64,000 nt of DNA from Candidatus Acidiferrales bacterium (GTDB lineage Bacteria > Acidobacteriota > Terriglobia > Terriglobales > Acidobacteriaceae): contig DATJOA010000057.1 of assembly GCA_035507635.1 (NCBI GenBank), positions 40,372 through 104,371 of the forward strand, in the 5' to 3' direction. The position numbers and the translations under genes were made by a program. Positions 53,836 to 62,572 of this stretch are shown piece by piece. Each line of letters opens with the position of its first letter. Positions within the stretch are counted from its first letter, which is position 1. The notes beneath the pieces are model-generated. The model saw only the letters and a program-made list of their open reading frames with translations. It did no database searches and had not been told where the DNA came from.

Positions 53836-54807
53836 ATGTCTGCAGCTCTGATTGCGCTGGTCGTCTTTGCGGTAGTCGCAGTGATTGCGTTTGGCGCGTT
53901 TTCCTTGATCGACCAGCGCAACGCCCGCGCTCGCCTGATCAAGGAACGCCTCGCCAACGAGCGCAAGGCACCGGAACTTGTCGCCGAAGAAGAACTCGCC
54001 CTGCTCCGCGACGAGCAACTCAGCGAGATCCCAGTCATCGATACCCTGCTTCGCCGTTCTGCCCGCGTCTCCGACTTGCAGAAGATGTTGTCGCAGGCGG
54101 GCATGGAGCAGCGCGCCGGCAACTTTCTGGGTCTTTCCGCGCTCGCGGGAGTAGGCGCCTGCATCGTCGGCTATTTCTTCAGCAAAAGAGTTGAGGTCGC
54201 CTGGTTCGCGCTGCTCATCGGATTCATCCTCCCCTATTTCTACGTTTCGGTCCGGCGCAGGAAAAGATTCGACAAGTTCGAAGAGCTCTTTCCCGAAGCC
54301 ATCGACACGCTTGCCCGCGCCGTCCGCGCCGGGCACGCCTTCACGACTGCTCTGGAAATGATCACCAGCGAGATCGCCGAACCGATTGCGGGAGAATTTC
54401 GCCAGCTGTATGAAGAGCAGAAGTTCGGCATGCCCGTCCGCGATGCGCTGATGAATCTTACGGATCGTGTTCCGCTCGTCGACGTGAAATTCTTCGTCAC
54501 CGCCGTGATGTTGCAGCGCGAAACCGGCGGCAACCTCGCGGAAATTCTCGATAACCTCTCGTATGTCATTCGCGAACGCTTCAAGATTCAGCGTCAGGTT
54601 CGCGTCTATACGGCGCAGGGGCGGCTCACTATGGGTCTGCTGATGGGAATGCCGCCGATCATCGTCGTGTCTATGTTGCTGTTGAATCCGGGCTTCATCC
54701 GCCCGCTTTTTGCGGATCCCATCGGCCACACGCTTCTGGTGGCCGGAATTACTTTGCAAACGGTTGGATATTTCGTGATCCGGAAAATCATCCGGATTCA
54801 GGTGTAG
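53836..54807 (+). CDS. tadB: Tad platform protein TadB
   Basis: T2SS-F-like membrane protein. Positioned after tadA. Confidence 0.88.
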   Translation: MSAALIALVVFAVVAVIAFGAFSLIDQRNARARLIKERLANERKAPELVAEEELALLRDEQLSEIPVIDTLLRRSARVSDLQKMLSQAGMEQRAGNFLGLSALAGVGACIVGYFFSKRVEVAWFALLIGFILPYFYVSVRRRKRFDKFEELFPEAIDTLARAVRAGHAFTTALEMITSEIAEPIAGEFRQLYEEQKFGMPVRDALMNLTDRVPLVDVKFFVTAVMLQRETGGNLAEILDNLSYVIRERFKIQRQVRVYTAQGRLTMGLLMGMPPIIVVSMLLLNPGFIRPLFADPIGHTLLVAGITLQTVGYFVIRKIIRIQV

Positions 54808-54809
54808 TT

Positions 54810-55715
54810 ATGCCCTTGCTGTTGATTATCGTGATATTCATCACCGTCGTGATGGCGGTGTTCGCATTCGGTGCAGCCGTCGTGACGCCCAGCTCCGTGC
54901 TCGGGGCGCGGCTGCGTGCTCTTGGCGGACAACAGGCCCAGCCCGCCGAGAATAAGCCTGCGATTCGCGAGCGCATCGAACAGGCTCTCGACCCGCTCAG
55001 CAAGGCCATCCCGCTTTCTCCGGCCGATGTTTCAGTCACTCGCAAGCTGCTCATTCAAGCTGGATTCCGCGATGCAGGCGACGTCAACTACTACTTCGGC
55101 GCCCGAGTCCTCATGGCCGCTATTGGTTTCATCGGGGTCGCGGCTTTTCTGAGCTTCGACAATGTTCCCCTTCTGATCGGTATTCCCGCTCTCGGCTTCC
55201 TGCTTCCACGTTTTATCCTGAAGCGCATGATTAAAGATCGCCAGAATCGGATCCGCCTTGGCCTCCCGGATGCTCTCGACCTGACGGTCATCTGCGTCGA
55301 GGCCGGACTGGCTTTGGATCAGGCGCTGATGCGCGTCGGCCAGGACTTGCACCATGCCCATCCCGACCTTAGTGACGAGTTCCATCTGGTCAATCTCGAG
55401 ATGCGCGCCGGCAAGCCTCGCGCCGAAGCCCTACGCAATCTAGTGGAAAGAACCGGTGTTGACGACATCCGCTCCCTTGTTGGTACACTGATTCAGACCG
55501 ACCGCTTCGGTACCAGCGTAGCTCAGGCTCTGCGCGTGCACTCTGATTCCCTCCGCACGGAACGCCGGCAGCGCGCCGAAGAACAAGCTGCAAAAACCAC
55601 GATTAAGATGGTTCCCCCGCTGGTAATCTTTGTTCTGCCGTCGATCATTTTCGTGACGATTGGTCCGGCCGTGATTCAATTGATCCGTCAACTGGGACCA
55701 GTCAGCGGTCACTAG
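54810..55715 (+). CDS. tadC: Tad platform protein TadC
   Basis: T2SS-F-like membrane protein. Starts 2 nt after the tadB stop. Confidence 0.88.
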   Translation: MPLLLIIVIFITVVMAVFAFGAAVVTPSSVLGARLRALGGQQAQPAENKPAIRERIEQALDPLSKAIPLSPADVSVTRKLLIQAGFRDAGDVNYYFGARVLMAAIGFIGVAAFLSFDNVPLLIGIPALGFLLPRFILKRMIKDRQNRIRLGLPDALDLTVICVEAGLALDQALMRVGQDLHHAHPDLSDEFHLVNLEMRAGKPRAEALRNLVERTGVDDIRSLVGTLIQTDRFGTSVAQALRVHSDSLRTERRQRAEEQAAKTTIKMVPPLVIFVLPSIIFVTIGPAVIQLIRQLGPVSGH

Positions 55716-55755
55716 GAAACGGACCTAACTGGCGTCAGAACTGGGATAGGGCTCG

Positions 55756-56154
55756 ATGGCAGTTTTTCCTGCACAAGGACAGGCATTCAACCAGACCCGG
55801 CAGGCCTATCTGGCCACGGACCTGGCCATCGCCGATACCCATTGGACGCGCCTGCGCGGACTCCTTGGCCTCAAGGTTGATGACTTCCGTAATGGGTGCG
55901 GGCTCTGGATCACCCCCTGCCATGGCGTTCATACTCTGGGTATGGGGTTCCCGATCGATGTGATCTACCTCGATCACGGCATGAACGTGATTCATATTCA
56001 ACCGGAGTTGAAGCCTTGGCGCTTTGCTCCGATCCGCGGTCAGGCGGCTTCGGTTTTGGAACTGCCGTGCAAGAGTGCGGCTGAAACTCGTACTGCTGTA
56101 GGCGATAGAATCGAAATCACTGTCCCCAGGGGTCAAGCTCGACCATCCGCATGA
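55756..56154 (+). CDS. DUF192 (COG1430) domain protein
   Basis: GLWITPCHGVHTLGMGFPIDVIYLD core. Its stop overlaps the next start as ATGA. Confidence 0.75.
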   Translation: MAVFPAQGQAFNQTRQAYLATDLAIADTHWTRLRGLLGLKVDDFRNGCGLWITPCHGVHTLGMGFPIDVIYLDHGMNVIHIQPELKPWRFAPIRGQAASVLELPCKSAAETRTAVGDRIEITVPRGQARPSA

Positions 56155-58685
56155 GTGGAACGCTCCAACTCGTTGAGCCCGTGGAAGTCCGGGATACGCA
56201 CGCTGAGCCGAGGCTGCTCGTCGAGTGGTCATCGCGGTGGCAGGAATTTCTCGGCTCAATCGGACCGGCGCTCTCGCGATCGCAAGCACGCCTTGCCGGC
56301 GAAGCTCCTTTCGGATTGATTCCCCTCAGGATCATGCTTCCCTCCTATTTCCTGGAGGCATTCCTGATCTTCGCGGCGATTCTTATCCCGGCAAAAATTG
56401 CGCAGTTGCGGCCCTACGTCGCGCCACGGGTAGCGCAGCATGACGTCATCTATTACACGGGCGACGAACTTCCCCGTGTCGAGGATCTTGGAGGGGCAGA
56501 AGCTGGAACCGCAGGACGGGCTGGCGGCGATGAAACGCATCACCGCACACAGACCATCAAGATCGCGCGCGGAGGATCGCTTGTGCCCCAGGTCGTCGAC
56601 GCGCCGAACCTGAAGCTCCCATCCTCAACAGACGCTGTCGCCAACTTGCTCGCCGTCAGACCCAATGCCGGGCCGCCTCCCGCGGAAGGATTGCGCTCGT
56701 CGCGCGCCGGTCCGAACCTGGCCACTACGATCGTTGCACCCGCTCCCAATGTAATTCGCGATTACACGCGCAACGGCGTTCAGATGGATGCTGTGATTGC
56801 CCCCACGCCGACGATACCCCGCGATCGTGGTCTCATCGCCCCAACGTTCAACGCGACCTTGATTCCGCCGGCGCCCAGCGTCCCCGATAGTCATAAGCTG
56901 GTGGCCCCGTCGATGACGCCCGCAGTCATTCCTCCGGCTCCGCGCGTTTCGCGCGACCGCACGATGACGCTTCCGTCATTGAATGCTTCGGTCGTGGCCC
57001 CGGCACCGACTGTAACCGCAGACCGTTCACGATCTGGAATGGCGCTGGCCACGAACGTCATCCCTCCGGCCCCGAGCATTGCCAACCGGCAGATGTCTCA
57101 CACGCCAGTTCAGGTAACAAACGAGAATATCGTCCCGCCGCCGGTGTCGGCGCCGGAACGTGCGACTTCCCGCACTGCGCGGTTGAATATGCCCGCACCA
57201 CAGGTCGTCGCGCCGCCGCCCTCGGCTGACATCGCTTCTGACACGCACCGCGTGTCTCCCGGCGTTGCCGATCCCAGCCGATCGGTCGTTCCTCCACCGC
57301 CATCGCAAACCGGCGGATCCTTCATGAGCAGCATCATCGGCAGAATCTTTGGAGCAAGCGAAGTCGTGCCCCCTCCGCCGTCGATTTCCTCGCGCACAAA
57401 TAACACGGCCCCGGGCGCATCGCTATCCAGCAACGTCGTTCCTCCTCCGCCTTCGGTTGGGGCAAATTCAGCCGGCGCGAGCCCCAGCGGCTATCGCAAC
57501 GGAAAAGGCGCATCCTTGAGCACCGACGTGGTCGCACCGCCTCCATCGATCGGAACCACCGGCGGAACGGGCACGCGCGCTCGCGGCGCTGCTCCGTATC
57601 TCGGGAGTCAAAGCGTGGTTCCACCTCCTCCGCAGCTTGCGGGCGCGGGCGGTGGAACGGGCAAAGTCGGTGGGGGGGCGGGCGCTCCCGGCGGAACTCT
57701 TCTAGCGAATAATGTTGTGCCTCCGCCGCCGTCAGTTGGTGGCGGCAACGGCACTTCTGGATCCGGCCTAGGGCGCCGCGGCGCCGGTCTTGGCGCTCCG
57801 AATGATATTGGCGCAAACCTCGCTTCACCCAAAAATGGCGGTAGCGGCGCCAACGCGGGAGCGGTCATTTCCGCTCAGCCGGGAGCGAAAGTCGGGGTTC
57901 CCGTCACGTCAAGCACGGGCTCGCTTGCGATGTCGCCCTCGGGAGCCGATAAATCCGGTATCGGCGGTTCAGGAGGAGGCACCGGAATTGGCCACGGCGA
58001 CGGACCGGGCAGCGCGTTGAGTGGTTCGGGAACGGGCGCGGCAAATTCCGGGGCGGGAAGAGGCTCCGATCCGGCCGCCCATGGAGGAATCTCCCCGAAT
58101 CCCGGCTCCGGCGGCGCGGGCAGCATGACTTCCGGCAATCCGCCCGTTCGCGGAGTCGAGATCAGCGGGGGCAGCAGCGTCGTCACACTCCCCTCATTCG
58201 GGGATGACCCGGCCACCAATGATCCTGCTACTCCCAACCGCACAAATGTCAAGCAGCGCAGCGCGTTGGATGTAACCATCGTCGCCACCGCAAGTTCCGG
58301 AGGCGCGTTCGAGCCGTACAAAAAACTGCTGCGCGGCGTGCAGTACACGACCTATCTCGACACCTCGCTGGGCACGGTTGTAATGGAATTCGCGGACGAG
58401 AGTGCTACGTCCCACCAGTTCGGCTCCGCTCTCACGGCTCCGTCGCCGATTCGTGTCGATCTCCTTTCAGGAACTCCGCGCGGCCGGATGGTGGTCACCT
58501 GCACTCTCGACACCGCAGGCAATCTCGACAACGTCCGCGTGCTCGAACCTGGTTCCGCGGTGATGACCGCGAAGGTCGTCGCCGCCCTGCGCAGCTGGAA
58601 ATTCCAGCCGGCCAAGCGTGGAGACACGCCGGTGCAGGTAACAGCGATCCTGGGCTTCGGCATCAATACTGACGACCGCTTCTAG
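56151..58685 (+). CDS. membrane-anchored TonB_C-domain protein with a giant Pro-module / Gly-rich spacer
   Basis: TM helix at residues ~64-84. About 14 'VVPPPPS'-type modules at residues 194-530. Gly/Ser-rich tract at residues ~495-700. The C-terminus (AALRSWKFQPAKRGDTPVQVTAILGF) resembles a TonB C-terminal domain. Confidence 0.85.
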   Translation: MSGTLQLVEPVEVRDTHAEPRLLVEWSSRWQEFLGSIGPALSRSQARLAGEAPFGLIPLRIMLPSYFLEAFLIFAAILIPAKIAQLRPYVAPRVAQHDVIYYTGDELPRVEDLGGAEAGTAGRAGGDETHHRTQTIKIARGGSLVPQVVDAPNLKLPSSTDAVANLLAVRPNAGPPPAEGLRSSRAGPNLATTIVAPAPNVIRDYTRNGVQMDAVIAPTPTIPRDRGLIAPTFNATLIPPAPSVPDSHKLVAPSMTPAVIPPAPRVSRDRTMTLPSLNASVVAPAPTVTADRSRSGMALATNVIPPAPSIANRQMSHTPVQVTNENIVPPPVSAPERATSRTARLNMPAPQVVAPPPSADIASDTHRVSPGVADPSRSVVPPPPSQTGGSFMSSIIGRIFGASEVVPPPPSISSRTNNTAPGASLSSNVVPPPPSVGANSAGASPSGYRNGKGASLSTDVVAPPPSIGTTGGTGTRARGAAPYLGSQSVVPPPPQLAGAGGGTGKVGGGAGAPGGTLLANNVVPPPPSVGGGNGTSGSGLGRRGAGLGAPNDIGANLASPKNGGSGANAGAVISAQPGAKVGVPVTSSTGSLAMSPSGADKSGIGGSGGGTGIGHGDGPGSALSGSGTGAANSGAGRGSDPAAHGGISPNPGSGGAGSMTSGNPPVRGVEISGGSSVVTLPSFGDDPATNDPATPNRTNVKQRSALDVTIVATASSGGAFEPYKKLLRGVQYTTYLDTSLGTVVMEFADESATSHQFGSALTAPSPIRVDLLSGTPRGRMVVTCTLDTAGNLDNVRVLEPGSAVMTAKVVAALRSWKFQPAKRGDTPVQVTAILGFGINTDDRF

Positions 58686-58762
58686 AGCGGGGTTTCTCAC
58701 TACGGAGACACCGAGACACCCAAGAGGAAAGCGATGGAAGGATTGCGGACTCCGCTATCAAC

Positions 58763-60154
58763 TCAGGCCATGACCGGCTTTGAACTCACCGATGGAAGCT
58801 TTGCCGCCTGCCACGCGTCGAATCCGCCAACAACGTTGATGACTTCCTTGAATCCCGCCCTCTGGAGCAAACTGCTGGCAATCATGCTGCGATAACCGCC
58901 CTTGCAGTGCACCGCCAGCGGCGCGTCGTGATCAATTTCCGGGGCGGAGACCTTGAAATTATCCAGCGGCCACCAGTCTGCACCGTCAATGTGTCCCGCG
59001 TCCCACTCCGGTTCGCGGCGCACATCCAGTACACGCAGTGAATGCGCTTGCAGACTGTCGCGTAATTCCTCAACCGTCATCTGAGCGACCGTCGCCAGCG
59101 GCAGTCCAGCTTGTCTCCAGGCATCAACTCCGCCGGCCAGATATCCACCCAAAGCCTCAATTCCCACTCTCGCCAGGCGGAGGCGCGCCTCTTCAACCTG
59201 CTGCTCAGAATCGGCGATGAGCACCGGATGTGCCGCTAATCCGAGCACGGTTCCTGCCCACGATGCGAACTGTCCGGACAGCGCGATATTCACCGATCCG
59301 GGCACATGCCCCGCTGCGAATTCGTCTCCAGGACGCACATCCAAGGCGATCTCGCTTTCGCGCAGCATCGCCGCCAACTCGGGCGCAGAAACCGATTTCA
59401 GCTCCGGTAAGTCCGACAGTGCCGCCGCACCCGTGCGATTGATCTCGGCATCTTTCGAAAAGTATTCAGGCCGCGCTGGCAGGTTGGTCGTCAGCTGCGC
59501 GATGAACTCTTCCCTGCTCTTGATCTGTAGCGCGTAATTCGTCAGGCGCTCCGTCCCGATGGTTGAAGATCGCTCTGCCCGCATGTTCTTGCCGCAAAGC
59601 GATCCAGCCCCGTGCGCCGGATACACCAGCACGCTGTCAGACAGCGCCAGCAGTTTGGAATGCAGGCTGTCGTAAAGCAAGCCTGCAAGCTCCGCCGGAG
59701 TATGTCTCGGCGAAAGGTCGGGACGCCCCACATCACCAATGAAGAGAGTATCTCCGGTCAGCACCGCCCACGGCTTGTCAGATTTGTCCGAATCCGTGAC
59801 GACCAGGCAGATGCTCTCTGGAGTGTGTCCGGGCGTTTCCAGCACGCGAATCGACGCCTTGCCGAATTTCAGCTCGAATCCGTCGCTGACCGGAATGTGC
59901 GCGAATCTCGCTCCAGCTTGCGCTCCCATATAAATCTTCGCCCCGGTGCGCGAAGCCAGCTCCTTGTGCCCCGAAACGAAGTCGGCATGAAGATGGCTCT
60001 CAACAATGTGCCGGATGACGATTTCCTGCTCCGCAGCCGCTCTCAAGTAAAGTTCCACATCCCGCTGCGGATCGACGACAACGGCTTCCCCTTCTGAAGC
60101 AAGCATGTACGAAGCGTGAGCCAGACAGCCCAGATAGAATTGCTCAAAGTACAT
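58763..60154 (-). CDS. MBL-fold hydrolase fused to two rhodanese domains (CstB/persulfide-dioxygenase-like)
   Basis: Metal site ESHLHADFVSGH ... TPGHTPES. C-terminal rhodanese active-site loop HCKGGYRS. Confidence 0.8.
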   Translation of the reverse strand: MYFEQFYLGCLAHASYMLASEGEAVVVDPQRDVELYLRAAAEQEIVIRHIVESHLHADFVSGHKELASRTGAKIYMGAQAGARFAHIPVSDGFELKFGKASIRVLETPGHTPESICLVVTDSDKSDKPWAVLTGDTLFIGDVGRPDLSPRHTPAELAGLLYDSLHSKLLALSDSVLVYPAHGAGSLCGKNMRAERSSTIGTERLTNYALQIKSREEFIAQLTTNLPARPEYFSKDAEINRTGAAALSDLPELKSVSAPELAAMLRESEIALDVRPGDEFAAGHVPGSVNIALSGQFASWAGTVLGLAAHPVLIADSEQQVEEARLRLARVGIEALGGYLAGGVDAWRQAGLPLATVAQMTVEELRDSLQAHSLRVLDVRREPEWDAGHIDGADWWPLDNFKVSAPEIDHDAPLAVHCKGGYRSMIASSLLQRAGFKEVINVVGGFDAWQAAKLPSVSSKPVMA

Positions 60155-60238
60155 AGGAGTTTCCCCGGACGCGCCTTGAAATGCTAGACGAAATCCGGCG
60201 GGAATGCCATCGGTCAGAATCTGAGGAGCGGAGAAATT

Positions 60239-60517
60239 TCAGGCGGGCAGCGGAGTGATGAATTCCAGGCCGAAACAGAAACCATTCTTCGAGCGCACAA
60301 TGGCTGGAATGCGCGATGGCGTCGGCGTGTCGATCTCGATTTCCAGCAAGTCTCCGGGATTTAGCAGAATGCCCGCATAGAGCACCATGCCACCCTGGCT
60401 CATTTCCGTGCCGCGGCCTTCCACGACGGTCGTCGAGAACCCTTTCGACGTGACCACGCGGACCGGTAAATCCACCGGCAACCGATCCCATCGCCGCTGA
60501 TTGCTGGAGTTTGACAT
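60239..60517 (-). CDS. single-domain PilZ protein (c-di-GMP receptor)
   Basis: RRxxxR-type QRRWDRL and DxSxxG-type EMSQGG motifs at the canonical spacing. 92 aa. Confidence 0.8.
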   Translation of the reverse strand: MSNSSNQRRWDRLPVDLPVRVVTSKGFSTTVVEGRGTEMSQGGMVLYAGILLNPGDLLEIEIDTPTPSRIPAIVRSKNGFCFGLEFITPLPA

Positions 60518-60687
60518 TATCGGTAATCATCCCCGAGGTGCGGCTCGGCAGCAAATTACTAAGGTGAATGCGGAAAAGTGCCTCCGGGACACGAACTTAG
60601 CGAGGGCGATGTGGTCTCTCACCACGGGGACTCGGAGTGACTGAGATTTGCGGCGAACGCAAAACCGGTGGCTTCGTGATGAAAACG

Positions 60688-61320
60688 TCAGCGCGACGCG
60701 CCGACTTGCTCATCCCGATGTTTCGGCCGGTACCACTTGAAGTAGACGAAGGTCCCAACGCCCCCCGCCACGCCGGCCGCGATCAGGGCATACAGGAATG
60801 GTTTGTAATAGCGGCCGAACCAGTGCAGAATGGCGGTTCCATAGATTCGGCCCAGGTAGGCCACCGCCAGAAACCGAACCGTCCGGCCCAGCGTAAGCGC
60901 CGCCAGAAATCTCTTCCGCGAATATTGCAGGATTCCGGCCGCCATGAGCACGGGAACCAGGGGAAATGGCGGGGGAATAATCGCGCCGACGGTCACCGTG
61001 GTGAATCCCTTATTCTCGAACTTCTTGTAAACCTTCTCGGCGCGATTCTTCCCGATTTTCTTTTCGAGACCTTCCTTACCGCCCTTTTCCGCTAAGTAAT
61101 AAGTGATGTAGCCGCCAATCACGGCTCCCAGCACAGCCATGAACGCATAGTAGAGCCACAGATGGCGGTCCCGGGCCGTCAACACCACCAGGAACACGTC
61201 CATCCCTCCCGGGATCGGAATCACCGAGTTGTCGATGAGTCCAACGACGATGAGCCCAGGGCCGCCCAGTCGCAGCATCCACGTCCAGAGCCCTTTGCTG
61301 ACCGCCGCTATCGCAATCAC
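60688..61320 (-). CDS. YqaA/DedA-like (VTT-domain) membrane protein
   Basis: GLIDNSVIPIPGGMDVFLV and several TM helices. Confidence 0.7.
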   Translation of the reverse strand: MIAIAAVSKGLWTWMLRLGGPGLIVVGLIDNSVIPIPGGMDVFLVVLTARDRHLWLYYAFMAVLGAVIGGYITYYLAEKGGKEGLEKKIGKNRAEKVYKKFENKGFTTVTVGAIIPPPFPLVPVLMAAGILQYSRKRFLAALTLGRTVRFLAVAYLGRIYGTAILHWFGRYYKPFLYALIAAGVAGGVGTFVYFKWYRPKHRDEQVGASR

Positions 61321-61545
61321 ACTATCTCCTCCGGTGCTTAGAGGCAGGATTGTGGATCACTGATGCTGACGAAATCGGTGCGAGAACCGCTCGGACTAGT
61401 AAAGTCGATTGTTGATCTTTGATTGTCGATGGATGAATGAAAAGCGCCCCAGGCTCTCGCGAATTAGGTCACCCATTCTCCAATCATTGTTCAACAACCG
61501 ACAATCTCTGACCAACTCGCAATCCTCGCCCAAACATCCTAGGCT

Positions 61546-62373
61546 GTGATGAATCCACCCTTTCCTGGATGGCTCGATGCAATGGCCTGGGCCTCGCTTT
61601 CACTGTGCTTCTTATGCGTCCTCATCATCCTCATCCACGAACTGCGCCGCCCGCAGCAAATGATGGTCATGAACATCGTCTGGCCGGTGACTGCGCTCTA
61701 TCTCGGCCCCATCGCTCTCTGGAGCTATTTCAAATCCGGCTCGAAGATGACGCGCCGGCGCATGCAGGAAATGCAGCAGGAGATCCGAACCGAAATCCAT
61801 GAGGAGCGCTATTCGAACATACGTCGCATGAATTCGGTCAAAGATCGCGCCGGACGCGGCCCCACGCCGGAACAGGTCGCGGTTGCCGCAATGCACTGCG
61901 GTGCGGGTTGCACTCTTGGCGATATCGTTGGCGAATGCTGGATCTTCGGCGCGGGCCTAACCCTGGCCGGAGGCGAACTTGCCACTCGCCTTCTGCTCGA
62001 CTTCCTGCTCGCCTGGATTTTCGGCGTTGTGTTTCAGTACTTCACCATCGCGCCCATGCGCGGACTACCTTTTCGGAAAGGCCTGAAGGAAGCGGTTCGC
62101 GCCGATACGTTGTCGATCACCGCCTTTCAGATAGGCATGTCCGGATGGGCCGCGCTCTCCTATTTCGTGCTCTTTCCCGATCCTCATCTTCACGCCAATA
62201 GGGCAATCTTCTGGTTCATGATGCAGATTGGAGTGGTCATCGGATTTCTAGCCTCTTACCACGTCAACGTCTTTCTGATCAAGAAAGGCTGGAAAGAGAA
62301 GATGCCGCAGTACAAGTCGCAAATGAAGGAGCAGATGCGGCAATCGCAAGGTCGCGAGGAACAAGTGGCCTAG
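61546..62373 (+). CDS. DUF4396 membrane protein
   Basis: Polytopic, with a conserved-looking intramembrane MHCGAGCTLGDIVGE motif. Confidence 0.7.
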   Translation: MMNPPFPGWLDAMAWASLSLCFLCVLIILIHELRRPQQMMVMNIVWPVTALYLGPIALWSYFKSGSKMTRRRMQEMQQEIRTEIHEERYSNIRRMNSVKDRAGRGPTPEQVAVAAMHCGAGCTLGDIVGECWIFGAGLTLAGGELATRLLLDFLLAWIFGVVFQYFTIAPMRGLPFRKGLKEAVRADTLSITAFQIGMSGWAALSYFVLFPDPHLHANRAIFWFMMQIGVVIGFLASYHVNVFLIKKGWKEKMPQYKSQMKEQMRQSQGREEQVA

Positions 62374-62572
62374 GCACGCAGCCACGTCTCAACGTCCCCC
62401 TGCAGAACCGGTCGGCCCTTTCGGCGGTCGGGCATCCCCGCGAATCCCTGCTAGTATGGCGATTCGTTGTTCATCGGCCCATGCCTAACCTTTTATCGCT
62501 ATCTTCAGCCGGACGGAGCCAGTCGCCGGTCCTAATCCTTCTGCCAGCAAGCTGGGAGGATGCGCGCGATCG

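Noticed and set aside
60144-60554. 136-aa ORF overlapping the PilZ gene in another frame.
   Set aside because: The PilZ frame carries both canonical c-di-GMP-binding motifs. The overlapping frame is Arg/Ser-rich and has none.
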